The notes under the pieces: generated by a model
The model's input: only the letters and a program-made list of their open reading frames with translations
What the model was told of the DNA's origin: nothing
The model's database searches: none
From: Minisyncoccota bacterium
GTDB lineage: Bacteria > Patescibacteriota > Minisyncoccia > Phycocordibacterales > PALSA-1337
NCBI GenBank assembly: GCA_041671485.1
Contig: JBAZBL010000005.1
Coordinates: 19,296-83,295, forward strand
Direction of reading: 5' to 3'
DNA: 64,000 nt
Position numbers and translations under genes: made by a program
Shown: one piece after another, positions 28,761 through 39,770 of the stretch
How positions within the stretch are numbered: position 1 is the stretch's first letter
Layout of the letters: each line of letters begins with the position of its first letter

Positions 28761-28868
28761 TTTTGGCGGCTAGCTACTTTCGCCAATAAAGACTATCATC
28801 GCCGCAACTGCGTTTCACTGCCGTGTTCGGAATGAGAACGGGTGGTGCCACAGCGCCAAACCACCAAA
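28761..28868 (-). rRNA. rrf: 5S rRNA
   Basis: rc ...GGCACCACCCGTTCTCATTCCGAACACGGCAGTGAAACGCAGTTGCGGC... matches the 5S loop B/C consensus. Confidence 0.85.
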
Positions 28869-29203
28869 ACAAAGGATTCAAAATCATAATTCAAGCACAT
28901 AAGTAGGTAAATAAGTCCGCCGTCGTTCACTTATCGCGAACTATGGCGTGACAAAGCAAGCAGACTCACAGAGTTCCTAACAGGATCGACGGATTAGTAC
29001 TTCTCGGCTCAATGCCTTACGGCACGTACACCTAAAGCCTATCAACGTGATCATCTCTCACGGGTCTAAACGATGCCTAATCTTGGGGCCGGCTTCCCGC
29101 TTATATGCTTTCAGCGGTTATCCGATCCGAACATAGCTACCCTGCGATGCCCTTGGCAGGACAGCAGGCAGACCAGAGGTTCGTTCAATTCGGTCCTCTC
29201 GTC

Positions 29204-29775
29204 GCATAATTTTAAACTTAGTTTAAAATATTATCCCCTATCACTAGGAGTGCAGACTATATCTTTACCCTCTTCTCTTTGAAGATTGGGTATTGGCGTA
29301 TTACCTATGTATTTCTGCATTTATTATTTGAAATAAAAGCTTTCCGAAAATACATAAGTCTGTTCTATAAATATAGAACAAGTCGTTACGGGGTCAAACC
29401 TAACGGCTAAATGGATTACATTCTTTAAGTAGACAGTAGTTGGATTGATAATCCATATACTGCACAGTGACTTGCAAGAATCTAATAAATTGAAAAGAAA
29501 CGATTATAATAATCACGAGTATTATTAATTTAAACCAATTTCTTTTAATTTTTTCCATAACTAAATTAGCTTTAGATCGACTTCCCACGGTATTGTCTTA
29601 TTATGAATGGTCCTCAAGTGTTACATACACTATTGTACTCCTCTCGACGGACCGTCGCAAGAGAAGTTATCAACGGATACCAACAATATTAAGATTTCAC
29701 CGTTATTAGCCACATTGTCATCACAGATTACTCCGTGAAGCAGCAATAATTTACTGGAATCAATTCCCCTCAAGC
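29204..29775 (-). other. ORF-less group I-type intron splitting the sarcin-ricin loop of 23S
   Basis: The 5' exon ...GAGGGGAAUUGAUUCCAGU ends in U. The intron ends ...UUAUGCG (terminal G). The 3' exon is ACGAGAGGACCGAAUUG. Rejoined they give the universal AGUACGAGAGGACCG. Confidence 0.65.
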
Positions 29776-30127
29776 ATCAACGCCTACAGCAGATAGGAGA
29801 CCAACCTGTCTCACGCATGTTATCAACGATTACTCGTTGCATTGGACTATAGCTTATTCCTTTACGGAAATGTCGATGTTTAGTCTCTACGGGCCGACCG
29901 AGATGTCATTTGAAGACTTCTTGGAGGTTCCCTCGGTATCCTCCACCTAAATGGAATCCACCGATACCAATCGACTTGTTCTTATCTTTGATCTAGATAT
30001 GACCGCCATGATTTGATTGATCATTCCTAACTTTTTCATAGATTACTAAGATTTAAATTCTCGAAGTGATTCAGACTGTCAAACAGTCGATGAATTTCAT
30101 ATTCATTTGGCCAGCCATCAATTGCTT

Positions 30128-30160
<33 letters not shown>

Positions 30161-30804
30161 TTGGCGAACAGCCAAACCCTTGGGAGCTTCTCCACCCCCG
30201 GGATGTGGTGAGCCGACATCGAGGTGCCGAACTCCGCCGTCGATTTGAACTCTTAGGCGGAACTAGCCTGTTATCCCTAGAGTAGCTTTTGTCAGATAAT
30301 CTTCCGCGGCGTCTAAAGCCGACGGTCGGTTCACTTGGCTCTGCTTTCGCATCTGCTCGACATTAACGTCTTGCAGTCAAACCAGCTTGTGCCCATACAC
30401 TATCGGCACGGTTTCCATCCGCGCCTAGCTGATCTTTAGGCTCCTCCGTTACTTTTTAGGAGGATAGCGCCCCACTAAAACTGCCCACCAGATACTGTCT
30501 CCCGCCGTTTATGCCGGCGAGGTTAGAATATACATTTTTAAAGAATGGTGTTTCATCGACGGATCCACTCGCCCCAAAAGGCGAGCTTCAAATCCTCCCA
30601 TCTACGCTACGCATCAAAAACGTATAGTCAATATCAAGCTGCAGTAAAGCTTCTAGGGTCTTTTCGTCTAGCTGTAGGTAACCGGCATCTTCACCGGTAT
30701 TGTATTTTCACCGAGCGGGTCTCCGAGACAGTTCTCCAGTCGTTACACTATTCAACGCGTCAGAACTTACCTGACAAGGAATTGCGCTACCTTAGGATCG
30801 TTCA

Positions 30805-31581
30805 CTTTTTCTCTTTTTTGCATAAATTTTCCTTAAATTTATAAGAGTTTTTGTTAATCTTTATGTCGCCATAAAGGTCGGACTATATCATCATCTTCTA
30901 TTCGTCGGTTCCAATCATTGAATAGAATCTGTCTTGCGTATAGTCTCTGAGGATTTTTCTGTTATTAATTCCTTTAAATTGTATTTTCTTTTTCTACCCT
31001 TACCCTCATTGATAATTTCTCTTAGATGTACAATTTTATTGAATCCTTCTTTTGTAAGATGTTCTTTATTAGCCATTAAATTGACTATTTTAGAGAAAAT
31101 CAAGAAGTTTTTCTTTTTATTTGCCGAAAGAAAATTAAAACGATCGAAAAATGGAATAACTTTTTCTTTTAAGGAATCAACCTTCGTTACTTCAAAATAT
31201 ACAACTCCATCATATCTTTCTCTGAGTGTTCCGCATTCAAAGATATTCTTAATGAATGCAAGAATCACTCGATCCTTCTGAGAAATATTAAATGAAGCAA
31301 GTACTTTCCACTTTCCTACATAATCCCGCCTTTTAATCATCGAGATGTTGAAGCTTCCTTCACCATCTGTGAACCCAGCAATATAATTGCCGATATCAGG
31401 TTTTATGTTTGTGAGCCATTTTTCATTCATGGCACACATTATAACAGAAATCTTTCCTGCTGATTGCCTGCACTTCAAAATTTTCACTTCCCAATATTAC
31501 ATCGGGAGAGTACTTGAAGATACTCAGGGTTTCCAGCATATAGCAAGATTTATTTGCGTAACTACAACGATCAATCTTATA
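30805..31581 (-). other. group I-type intron in 23S domain IV (E. coli ~1917-1931 region) carrying a LAGLIDADG ORF
   Basis: The exon CTTAGGATCGTT is interrupted and resumes with ATAGTTACGACCGACATTCACCAGGGCTT. 777 nt. Confidence 0.7.
30915..31487 (-). CDS. LAGLIDADG homing endonuclease (single-motif, I-CreI-like)
   Basis: IAGFTDGEGSF motif. 190 aa, inside the 23S intron. Confidence 0.8.
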   Translation of the reverse strand: MKILKCRQSAGKISVIMCAMNEKWLTNIKPDIGNYIAGFTDGEGSFNISMIKRRDYVGKWKVLASFNISQKDRVILAFIKNIFECGTLRERYDGVVYFEVTKVDSLKEKVIPFFDRFNFLSANKKKNFLIFSKIVNLMANKEHLTKEGFNKIVHLREIINEGKGRKRKYNLKELITEKSSETIRKTDSIQ

Positions 31582-32329
31582 GTTACGACCGACATTCACC
31601 AGGGCTTATGACAATCACCATACAAGTCTTGCGACTCGCACAACGCTATCATTTGACCTTCTGGCATTGGTCAAGTGTCACCCCCTATACTTCCTCTTAC
31701 GAGTTCGCAGGGAGCTGTGTTTTTGTTAAACAGTCGCCAGAGATACTTTAGCTGAGGCCCCTATTGCTAGGGGCAGGCCTTATCCCGAAGTTACGGCCGA
31801 TTTTTTGCCGAGTTCCTTGGAGACCTCTCACTCGTTCGCCTAGGGCTACTCGCCCTGACCACCTGTGTCGGTTTGCGGTACGGTTTTCACGAAAATATTC
31901 TTAGGAGCTTTTCTCGGAAGCGCGCTTTGATGCTTTTGCCCTTGCGGACTTATCTATTTTGCTTGGATATCACATCTAAGTGAGACTCCTCTTTAATGGA
32001 ATCATCCTCACAAAACAAACACAAATCCAATAATGTGCGCATCATACTGCACTTCGTCACTCCATCGATTTTCGCGAAAGTCACGGAATATTAACCGTGA
32101 ATCCATCGGGTGCGGCGTTTGCCATCCCCTTAGGACCGACTAACCCTTGGCTGATATACATTGCCAAGGAAACCTTGGTCTTTCGGCGTGGGGGTATCTC
32201 ACCCCCATTGCGGTTACTTGTGCCAACATTCTTACTTCGCAACGCTCCAGTGTGGGTCACCCCTTCACCTTCATCGCGATGCGAATACTCTCCTACCGCA
32301 GAAGTATCTCGCTATCGCTCGCCACTTCT

Positions 32330-32412
32330 AAAATCAAAGATAAAAAATCAAAGATCAAAGATAATCGCAAATGCGATAGATTTTTGATTTTTGAGATTTG
32401 ATTTTTGATCTT
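32330..32412 (-). repeat. AU-rich palindromic insert in 23S (copy A)
   Basis: aaaatcaaagataaaaaatcaaagatcaaagata...tttttgatttttgagatttgatttttgatctt. A long imperfect hairpin that shares 33 identical nt with copy B. Confidence 0.6.
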
Positions 32413-33083
32413 AGGTGTCGAACGTTAGTGAGACACCTCTGCCCTCAGTTTCGGTACTATGTTTGAGCCCCGATTATCTGCGGCGCGAAATCTCTCGATG
32501 AGTAAGCTGTTACGCTATTTTTGAATGATGGCTGCTTCTAAGCCTACATCCTCATTGTAAAAGAAATTTCACCACCTTAAGCGCACTTAACATAGATTTA
32601 GGGACCTTAAATAGAGATCTGGGCTGTTTCCCTTTTGTCCAATGGAGCTTAGCCCCCATAGACTAACTGCCACATAATGACCTTGCGTATTCGGAGTTTG
32701 ATAGGTCTAGCGATCTTTCGACCTGTCTAGACCTTCCAGTGCTCTACCCCGCAAGGGTAAATGCGACGCTAACCCAAAAGTTATTTCGGAGAGAACCAGC
32801 TATTACCGAATTCGATTAGCTTTTCACTCCTTACCACATGTCATCCGATAGTTTTGCACGGCTAAATGGTTCGGGCCTCCCTTCACCTTTCGGTGAAGTT
32901 CACCCTGCACATGGTAAGCTCATCCGGCTTCGGGTCTTATGTATACTACAAACGCCCTGTTCAGACTCGGTTTCCCTGTTGCTCCGGGCTCGCGCCCTTA
33001 GCAGAGCAGCATACATAAACTCGTTGGCTCATTCTTCAATAGGCACGCCGTGACGGGTGCACCTCGCTACGCTCGGGCACCCT

Positions 33084-33168
33084 TAAATCAAAGATAAAAA
33101 ATCAAAGATCAAAGATAGGTGCAATCTCTGTGATAATTTTTGATTTTTGATATTTTATTTTTGATTTA
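33084..33168 (-). repeat. AU-rich palindromic insert in 23S (copy B)
   Basis: aaatcaaagataaaaaatcaaagatcaaagata...tttttgatttttgatattttatttttgattt. Same module as copy A at a different rRNA site. Confidence 0.6.
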
Positions 33169-33255
33169 AGGATGCACCGAATGCAATGAGGTGCATCCGC
33201 TCCGACTCCTTGTAGGCATATGGTTTCAGATCTATTTCACCGCCCTTCCGGGCTG

Positions 33256-33295
<40 letters not shown>

Positions 33296-34246
33296 TAGAA
33301 AAGTATTTAGACTTACCGGTTAGTTCCGGCAGATTCCCTCGAGGTATTCGTGTCTCGGGGTACTTAAGAACAAGATCAAAGAAGATATATTATTTTCGCT
33401 TACGGGACTATCACCCTCTGGGGTTCGTCTTTCCAGACGATTGTGCTAACAATATATTTTGTAACTTCTCTTCCTTAAAAAGGAATGACCTTGCCTTGCA
33501 ACCCTTATCGTATTGCTACAATAAGTTTAGTCTTCTCCGCTTTCGCTCGCCGCTACTTACGGAATGCATGTTTGTTTATATTCCACCTGGTACTGAAATG
33601 TTTTACTTCCCAGGGTACGCTTCTGTCTAGAGTAACTAAACAGATAATACGAGTTCATCGTATTGTGTTTCCACATTCGGACATCTCCGGATCAAAGGTT
33701 GCTCGGCACCTCCCCGGAGCGTATCGCCGCCACGCCGCGTCCTTCATCGCCTTTTCTAGCCTAGGCATCCACCATACGCCCTTAAATTCCCATTAGGAAT
33801 TCTAAGAACCGCTTGTTTTGTCACGCCATAGTTCGCGATAAGCGAACGACAGCGGACTTATTTACCTACATACTATCTTTTTTTGTCTATTGCAATCCGA
33901 CCCGGACTACAATAGATCGATACTTATCATTGAAATGATAAGTATCACTTTTGCTTGAATTATGATATTTTCAAATTACTGTCTCTCTGTAACTGTCAGT
34001 TTCCACCCTCCTTCGGAGTTTCAACATGACAATCAAAAACCGCTCTATTGAGCGGTCAAGAGTGCGCCCCAAGTGGGTGCACTATAGCCGCTTGGATTTG
34101 GTTTTTGTATTCATAATCATTCTGATGTAATTAACATACTATACTAGCCATTTTTAATGTCAAGTTGTGGATAGAATATATTGAAATATACAAAACAAGC
34201 GGTCCTATAAGGATCGCTTATTTTGTGAGAACATTCAGGCAAAATA

Positions 34247-34936
34247 TTATTCTTTTTCAAATATATGTTGCGAGGTTTTTTCGATCCACTTTTGTGCAAC
34301 TTCTTTGCCACCAAGACCAAAGGAAAGACCTATGGCAAGAGCAGCTCCTGCAAATACTGCAGTGATGATCATTTGGATCAAACCAGGTGCAATACCGAGA
34401 GTAATAAGAGCTGTTAGAACTGCGAAGATCCAGATCGCCCACTTGACGATCCTTCCTGCCAATTCAGCAGACTTTATTTGTCCTGACTTTGCACTTGCAA
34501 CTACAAGCTTTTGCATAGCATTTGCAACTACTGCTGATACCATAAGTATAAGTACAGCAACAATTACATTTGGTAGATATCCTACGACACTGCCAAGGAA
34601 GATGTTAACTTGTGTCAAATTCATAATATCAAAAGACGCCATCAAGAAAATAACAATTATGAACCATTTGCAGAGTGAACCAACAAATCGACCAGAATTA
34701 AGATTGTGACCTGCTCGCTTCATAACATCTTCGAAGCCAGCACTTTTCAAGAGTGAGTCAACCTTTACCGACTTGAAGATACTTTCTACTATATGCTCTA
34801 CTAGAGCAGCGAGTACCCAGCCGATTGCAAATATAACGACAGCAAATAAGAGTTTGGGTACAAAAACGATCACTCCATTGCCTACGTTGAGGAGAGCACT
34901 TGTTATTGAGTCGCCCCAATTTTGAATGAACACCAT
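34247..34936 (-). CDS. hypothetical membrane protein with an internal two-fold repeat
   Basis: 229 aa. Each half has a TM pair followed by an amphipathic K/A-rich segment (KVDSLLKSAGFEDVMKRAG / QIKSAELAGRIVKWAIW). Confidence 0.4.
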   Translation of the reverse strand: MVFIQNWGDSITSALLNVGNGVIVFVPKLLFAVVIFAIGWVLAALVEHIVESIFKSVKVDSLLKSAGFEDVMKRAGHNLNSGRFVGSLCKWFIIVIFLMASFDIMNLTQVNIFLGSVVGYLPNVIVAVLILMVSAVVANAMQKLVVASAKSGQIKSAELAGRIVKWAIWIFAVLTALITLGIAPGLIQMIITAVFAGAALAIGLSFGLGGKEVAQKWIEKTSQHIFEKE

Positions 34937-35018
34937 AATATTTATGATTTATGCTTATAATTAATGCCTTGTAATACTATAATTGTATCACAGGTAGAAA
35001 TGACTAACTGTGGATAGG

Positions 35019-35645
35019 TTAATTCGTTTCAATCCCTATCCTATCTAGCAATGTTATATGTGGATAATCTAGAATATCCCTTACCAATCTATCATGAATA
35101 CCAAGGCGGTATTCGAAGTCTTGTGTCTCAAAAGCAGAATAAGCTATTTCCTTTCCTATTTCTGATTCTATAATCTTGATTATTGACTCTATCTTATTTA
35201 GATTCAATTCTTCTCCAACTATGAGTAGATCAACTCTAGAATCCCAATTCTGGATGAAAACACCTGCCGCAATTATAAGTTTTACCTTTCCAACGCTAGC
35301 AAATCTGCGTGCCAATGATTCATCGGCTTGAATACTCACAATTGTAAGTAGATTTTTGAGCGATTCATGATAAGTGAATTTTTCATTCAAGAGATATGCT
35401 GAACCTTTCAGCTTCTTATACAGCAATTTCTTGCCTTTCTGTATCTCAACTTCTTTAATTGCATTCTTTTTCTTTATTAGCCCAGCTTTGACAAGGATAT
35501 TCAGCTCTTTCTGAACAGCAGACTTTGCACACCTAACCCTTGTAATGATCTCTGCCAAGAAAAAAGGTGTTTGTTCATTGAACAAAAACATCCTCAATAA
35601 TTTGATCTTGGTTTGACTACCAAATATTGCAGTAAGTGCATCCAT
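35019..35645 (-). CDS. hypothetical protein with an N-terminal winged-helix
   Basis: 208 aa. The N-terminus FLAEIITRVRCAKSAVQKELNILVKAGLI resembles a wHTH. Confidence 0.35.
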   Translation of the reverse strand: MDALTAIFGSQTKIKLLRMFLFNEQTPFFLAEIITRVRCAKSAVQKELNILVKAGLIKKKNAIKEVEIQKGKKLLYKKLKGSAYLLNEKFTYHESLKNLLTIVSIQADESLARRFASVGKVKLIIAAGVFIQNWDSRVDLLIVGEELNLNKIESIIKIIESEIGKEIAYSAFETQDFEYRLGIHDRLVRDILDYPHITLLDRIGIETN

Positions 35646-35657
35646 AATATTATCTTA

Positions 35658-36086
35658 CTATTTCAATTCTACTTTTCCACCAGCTGCTTCGATTTGTTTC
35701 TTCCATTTATCAGCATCTTCCTTTTTTACTCCGTCCTTGAGTAGAGATGGGGCACCATCAACTAGATCTTTTGCTTCCTTGAGGCCCAATCCAAGAACTT
35801 CTTTAATAGCTTTGATAACAGCAATCTTCTGATCTCCTGATGCTGTTAAATGTACAGCAAATACAGTCTTTTCTTCATCTGTCCCTGCACCTCCTGCTGT
35901 TGGGGCAACTGCTACTGCAACTGCTTGTGCAGATACACCAAATCTCTTTTCGAGCAATTTTACCAATTCGTTGAGATCAATTACTGACATTTTTTCAATT
36001 GACTCTACAAGAGCCTTGAATTTGGCAGGTACTTCTACCTTTGTCTCTTCTTTCTTCTCCACCGTATCATTTGTTTTTGTGTCCAT
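35658..36086 (-). CDS. rplL: 50S ribosomal protein L7/L12
   Basis: Ala-rich hinge, then C-terminal [27 protein letters not shown]...VELK. Confidence 0.9.
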   Translation of the reverse strand: MDTKTNDTVEKKEETKVEVPAKFKALVESIEKMSVIDLNELVKLLEKRFGVSAQAVAVAVAPTAGGAGTDEEKTVFAVHLTASGDQKIAVIKAIKEVLGLGLKEAKDLVDGAPSLLKDGVKKEDADKWKKQIEAAGGKVELK

Positions 36087-36127
36087 ATAATTAATTATTA
36101 CTGATAAATCTAATAATACAACTCAAA

Positions 36128-36628
36128 TTATTCCTTGAGTCTATCACTTCTCTTTGCAATCTCTCCCAATACCATTACAAATCCTTGTATTGGTGAATTG
36201 ATCAGATTTACGAACATACCATGAAGTGTATTTATTGGTGGTATCATAGCTATCTCTAACATCTCTTCTTTTGCCATGTATTTACCATCGAATACACCAC
36301 CAACTATTGATACTTGATCTTTGAGTCTCTTCTGAAAATCAAACGCTCTTCTAGCTGGGGCTATGAGATCATCTCCATAGACAAGCCCAAATTCACCCAT
36401 AAGAACAGGCTTAGACCCTTCATATTTCTTATTTATAAGGGCTTTATCAGTCAATGTCTTCTTTGCAACAAAATAACCAATTCCTTCTTTTTTGAATTCT
36501 CGCCTCATCGTTGTAACATCGGAGACTTTGAGTCCATGGAAATTTACAAAGACAAGAGATTTTGCTTTATCCATTATCTTTTCAAGTTTCTCTATTATTT
36601 CTTTTTTTTGTTCTTTTGTTCTGGCCAT
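36128..36628 (-). CDS. rplJ: 50S ribosomal protein L10
   Basis: MARTKEQKKEIIEKL...SLVFVNFHGLKVSDVTTMRREF. Upstream of rplL. Confidence 0.85.
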   Translation of the reverse strand: MARTKEQKKEIIEKLEKIMDKAKSLVFVNFHGLKVSDVTTMRREFKKEGIGYFVAKKTLTDKALINKKYEGSKPVLMGEFGLVYGDDLIAPARRAFDFQKRLKDQVSIVGGVFDGKYMAKEEMLEIAMIPPINTLHGMFVNLINSPIQGFVMVLGEIAKRSDRLKE

Positions 36629-36629
36629 T

Positions 36630-36800
36630 TTATTTGTTTGCCAATTACTAAAAGTCGACCTTTATAAGGCCAACTTTAATAAGAGTTTACCTCGGAAGGA
36701 CTTACTTCACCCGCATAGTTCCGTGAGGAACGAAAGTGGGCTTTTGCCTTCTGTCTTTGGCCTTACTCCCAAGATAACATCAATCTCAAAAGAGATCAAG
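36630..36800 (-). promoter_or_regulatory. rplJ (L10) leader region, candidate L10(L12)4 autoregulatory structure
   Basis: ~170-nt GC-enriched structured 5' UTR in an AT-rich genome, immediately upstream of the rplJ ATG. The position is conserved with the bacterial L10 leader. Confidence 0.5.
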
Positions 36801-36801
36801 G

Positions 36802-39660
36802 CTATTCAAACTGTGACAAGAATAAATCTATAGTCTCAATGATTTGCTTTCTGTCAATTTCTGTCAATTTACCTTTCTTTATATGTCCTACATTTTTGCG
36901 AATATTCTTTGCAGATTTGATAATCTTTTTTTCTTTACCTTTCACTACAATATTTTCCAATTTGTCTATACGCTTTATCAATGATTTTGCTTTATTTGTA
37001 GAGCCGATAAGTGAAGTAATAAGCTTTTTCAATAATTCAAGATATCTCATAGAACTTTCTGTAATATCTATTGTCTTTGAAGAGGAGGTTGCCATAAAAT
37101 CTACGACTCCATTACCATCAAAGTCAATAAATAAAGTCTTGGAGGAAGAAGCAATTGGGTTTGAAACTGTATTTGATTGACTTAGTGGTATTACTTGGAT
37201 AGTAGTAGAAGCAATCATTGATGGTGATACTGGCAAATCGACATACTCCGCACTATCGATAACTTCTCCTCCTTTTGTCCTTTCAACATCAAGAGTGAAT
37301 GTACCAATACCAGTTCCATTTACAACAATTCCATATGATTTACCATTATCCGGCAAGTGGACGAACGTTTCCCCTTCATAATCTTCACCACTCATATATT
37401 CGAATCTACTTCCTGGTATCTTTTCTTCAAAGAAAGTGAGTACATCATCTTCGACTTCACTCGGTCTTGATATCATTCCTGTATGATTTCCAGAACTATC
37501 ATAGACGTGCAATTCGACTGGTGAATGAGTACTTATAACCATTTCGACTGGTTCAACTTCTTTGGTGTAATCTGGCTCACCACATGTCACTCCTTGCAAT
37601 TGTGTAACACTATTACATAGAGAATTATAATTACTATTTACAATGGCACTCTCAACAATCTTCTGTGTAATTGTTGATTCAAGAATATTTGCATGATTTG
37701 TATTCTTATCTTCTATATCGGAGATTTTATCCAAGTCTATAGACAAAACATCTCCGGCTTTGTATGTTGCACTCTTCGAAACTACTGTTCCATCGCCCAT
37801 ATTTGTAATGCCTTCTGTATAGCCAGAATTATCAGAATAATTTAGACTTTTAGTAGTGTTTTTATTCCAACCGACTATTGCCCATCGTGTTATAGAAGAT
37901 GGCCAAGAAAATGGATCTATAACAGCACGCACAATATCGGCAGCCAATATTAATGCTTGATTGCCTTTTATCGGAAAATTATAGTTGGAGATTACTGGTT
38001 CTTTTCTCACATTATGAGAATCACTGATAAATGCAGACTGTTCACTCGATGATTGAATATTCTGTGAATATGAACCGTCATTTAGTCCATCTATATTCGT
38101 AGAAGCAAATGCTATTGTCGGACCAAATATATTTGCAAAATATGTTGCAGATGGTAACAGTGAATATGCACTAGCCATATTTTGTCCCAACTGTCTTGCC
38201 ACATATTGTTTAAGTATTATTCCATAACCAAGCGATTGATTGTCTCCATGGAGTATTCCTCCTATTGCTTGTGGCGTGCCGAGATATGGTACTGCTATAG
38301 ATATTACAGAGTCTATGAGACTCTCTTTACCCATATCAACTAGCTTTTTTACCATATATTTTGCTACTAAGCCCCCATTGCTATGAGCAATTATTGTTAC
38401 CTTCCCTGTCTTTGATCTTGAAGCTAGATCTTGCACAGTATTTATTAAATTTTCTGTAGTTGTAGTACTAGACGGATTGCGTATTTCTGGTCCTTTCACA
38501 ACTTCATCTATCGGTTTTCTCCAATCATAGCCATATGGTCTCCATTCATTTATTGTCTTATCACTAGCAAGTCCGTCTAGAAAATCCATGAATTTACCTG
38601 ATATAGAATAGACACCAAATACATCATCTATTGGTTTGCCAGAATATATTGAAGGATCTGTGCTTTTACCATTTGTATCCAAGAATAATTTACGAACATC
38701 ATCATTTCTATTTGGTGGCCATAATGTATTCTCTGTTTTTATTCCTAGAGGCAAAGACTCTTGTTTATACAAGAAAGAAGCTTCTACGCCCGGCAAGAAT
38801 AATATATTTGAACAACATTCTCCTTGTATTTGTCCGGGATCAAATGGTGGTTCAGAGACAAGCCAAGGTTCAAAATCAACAAATCCTCTCACACTATCTC
38901 CTTTCAAACTTGCAGGAAGTGGACCATCTACTCTTCCCCACCAATTATTTACTGCAATAACTGTATCTGTTGAAAGATTATCAATAGCATAGTCATAGTT
39001 GCCAGAAATAGAAGAATTGACTATTTCGATAGATGGCCCTGTACTATTGTCCAAAGCATTACCAATACCTCCAACACTATCTCCTATATCACCATTCATC
39101 ATCAAAACAGGGAGACCTGCAGGACGTACCGTGATAGCTCTTCTATTCCTGCTAAACTTACTTCCTCGTATGAGAATATCACTTTCTTTTATATTTATGC
39201 CGTCAAAAGCATCATTTATTGTAGTTGTAGATATTATCCCTTTTGAATTATTGACGACAAAAAAATCATGCCCACTTATATCTGCATTTGAAATATCAAA
39301 ATTACCATTGTCTATACTCAAACCAAATAAGTCATGAATAGAAACGCGATCAAAGTCAGATCCTTGGCCTTTAATAATTAAGTTGCCACCATTTACAGAT
39401 ATTGATCCTGTTTTATCTCCTGATACTCCTCTCACCTCTACGCCAGGACCAATGTTCAGTGTTATTCCTGTCGGAACATTCACATAATCTTCGATAATAT
39501 ATGGACTATTTTCTTTGGTCCAAGCGGTGTTTTGCCATATGGAGCCAGCAGATACAACGGTCTCTGCATGAACAAGCTTTATAAAACCTATGAATAAAAT
39601 AGCGAGAACTACGAAAACAAAAGCGAGATTTGCAAGCAAAAAATATGTTAGTTTTTTCAT
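36802..39660 (-). CDS. large secreted protein: right-handed beta-helix N-domain plus alpha/beta-hydrolase (lipase/PGAP1-like, AHSNGG nucleophile) domain
   Basis: Signal/TM at the N-terminus. Parallel beta-helix repeats (SGDKTGSISVNGGNLIIKG...). VTIIAHSNGGLVAKYM matches the lipase nucleophile elbow. 952 aa. Confidence 0.6.
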   Translation of the reverse strand: MKKLTYFLLANLAFVFVVLAILFIGFIKLVHAETVVSAGSIWQNTAWTKENSPYIIEDYVNVPTGITLNIGPGVEVRGVSGDKTGSISVNGGNLIIKGQGSDFDRVSIHDLFGLSIDNGNFDISNADISGHDFFVVNNSKGIISTTTINDAFDGINIKESDILIRGSKFSRNRRAITVRPAGLPVLMMNGDIGDSVGGIGNALDNSTGPSIEIVNSSISGNYDYAIDNLSTDTVIAVNNWWGRVDGPLPASLKGDSVRGFVDFEPWLVSEPPFDPGQIQGECCSNILFLPGVEASFLYKQESLPLGIKTENTLWPPNRNDDVRKLFLDTNGKSTDPSIYSGKPIDDVFGVYSISGKFMDFLDGLASDKTINEWRPYGYDWRKPIDEVVKGPEIRNPSSTTTTENLINTVQDLASRSKTGKVTIIAHSNGGLVAKYMVKKLVDMGKESLIDSVISIAVPYLGTPQAIGGILHGDNQSLGYGIILKQYVARQLGQNMASAYSLLPSATYFANIFGPTIAFASTNIDGLNDGSYSQNIQSSSEQSAFISDSHNVRKEPVISNYNFPIKGNQALILAADIVRAVIDPFSWPSSITRWAIVGWNKNTTKSLNYSDNSGYTEGITNMGDGTVVSKSATYKAGDVLSIDLDKISDIEDKNTNHANILESTITQKIVESAIVNSNYNSLCNSVTQLQGVTCGEPDYTKEVEPVEMVISTHSPVELHVYDSSGNHTGMISRPSEVEDDVLTFFEEKIPGSRFEYMSGEDYEGETFVHLPDNGKSYGIVVNGTGIGTFTLDVERTKGGEVIDSAEYVDLPVSPSMIASTTIQVIPLSQSNTVSNPIASSSKTLFIDFDGNGVVDFMATSSSKTIDITESSMRYLELLKKLITSLIGSTNKAKSLIKRIDKLENIVVKGKEKKIIKSAKNIRKNVGHIKKGKLTEIDRKQIIETIDLFLSQFE

Positions 39661-39704
39661 CTTTTTGATACATTATTACTGATAATAATGTATCGTATCA
39701 GAAC

Positions 39705-39770
39705 GAGATAAAATCCTGATAAAATTCTCCTAAAATTTTGATAAAATCTTGCTGAAGAAATGATAAAATC
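39705..39770. repeat. Array of four phased GATAAAAT boxes (module copy 1), 45-110 bp upstream of the start of ORF 36802-39660
   Basis: gaGATAAAATcctGATAAAATtctcctaaaattttGATAAAATcttgctgaagaaatGATAAAATc. About 95% identical to 55586-55651. Confidence 0.7.

Noticed and set aside
36839-39337. Several 80-120-aa ORFs antisense to the 952-aa gene, and similar antisense ORFs within secF/secD, the sugar transferase, ftsK, metG, glyQS and the surface-protein genes
   Set aside because: Each is fully nested in the opposite strand of a long, well-supported CDS and is compositionally low-complexity. They are typical shadow ORFs.
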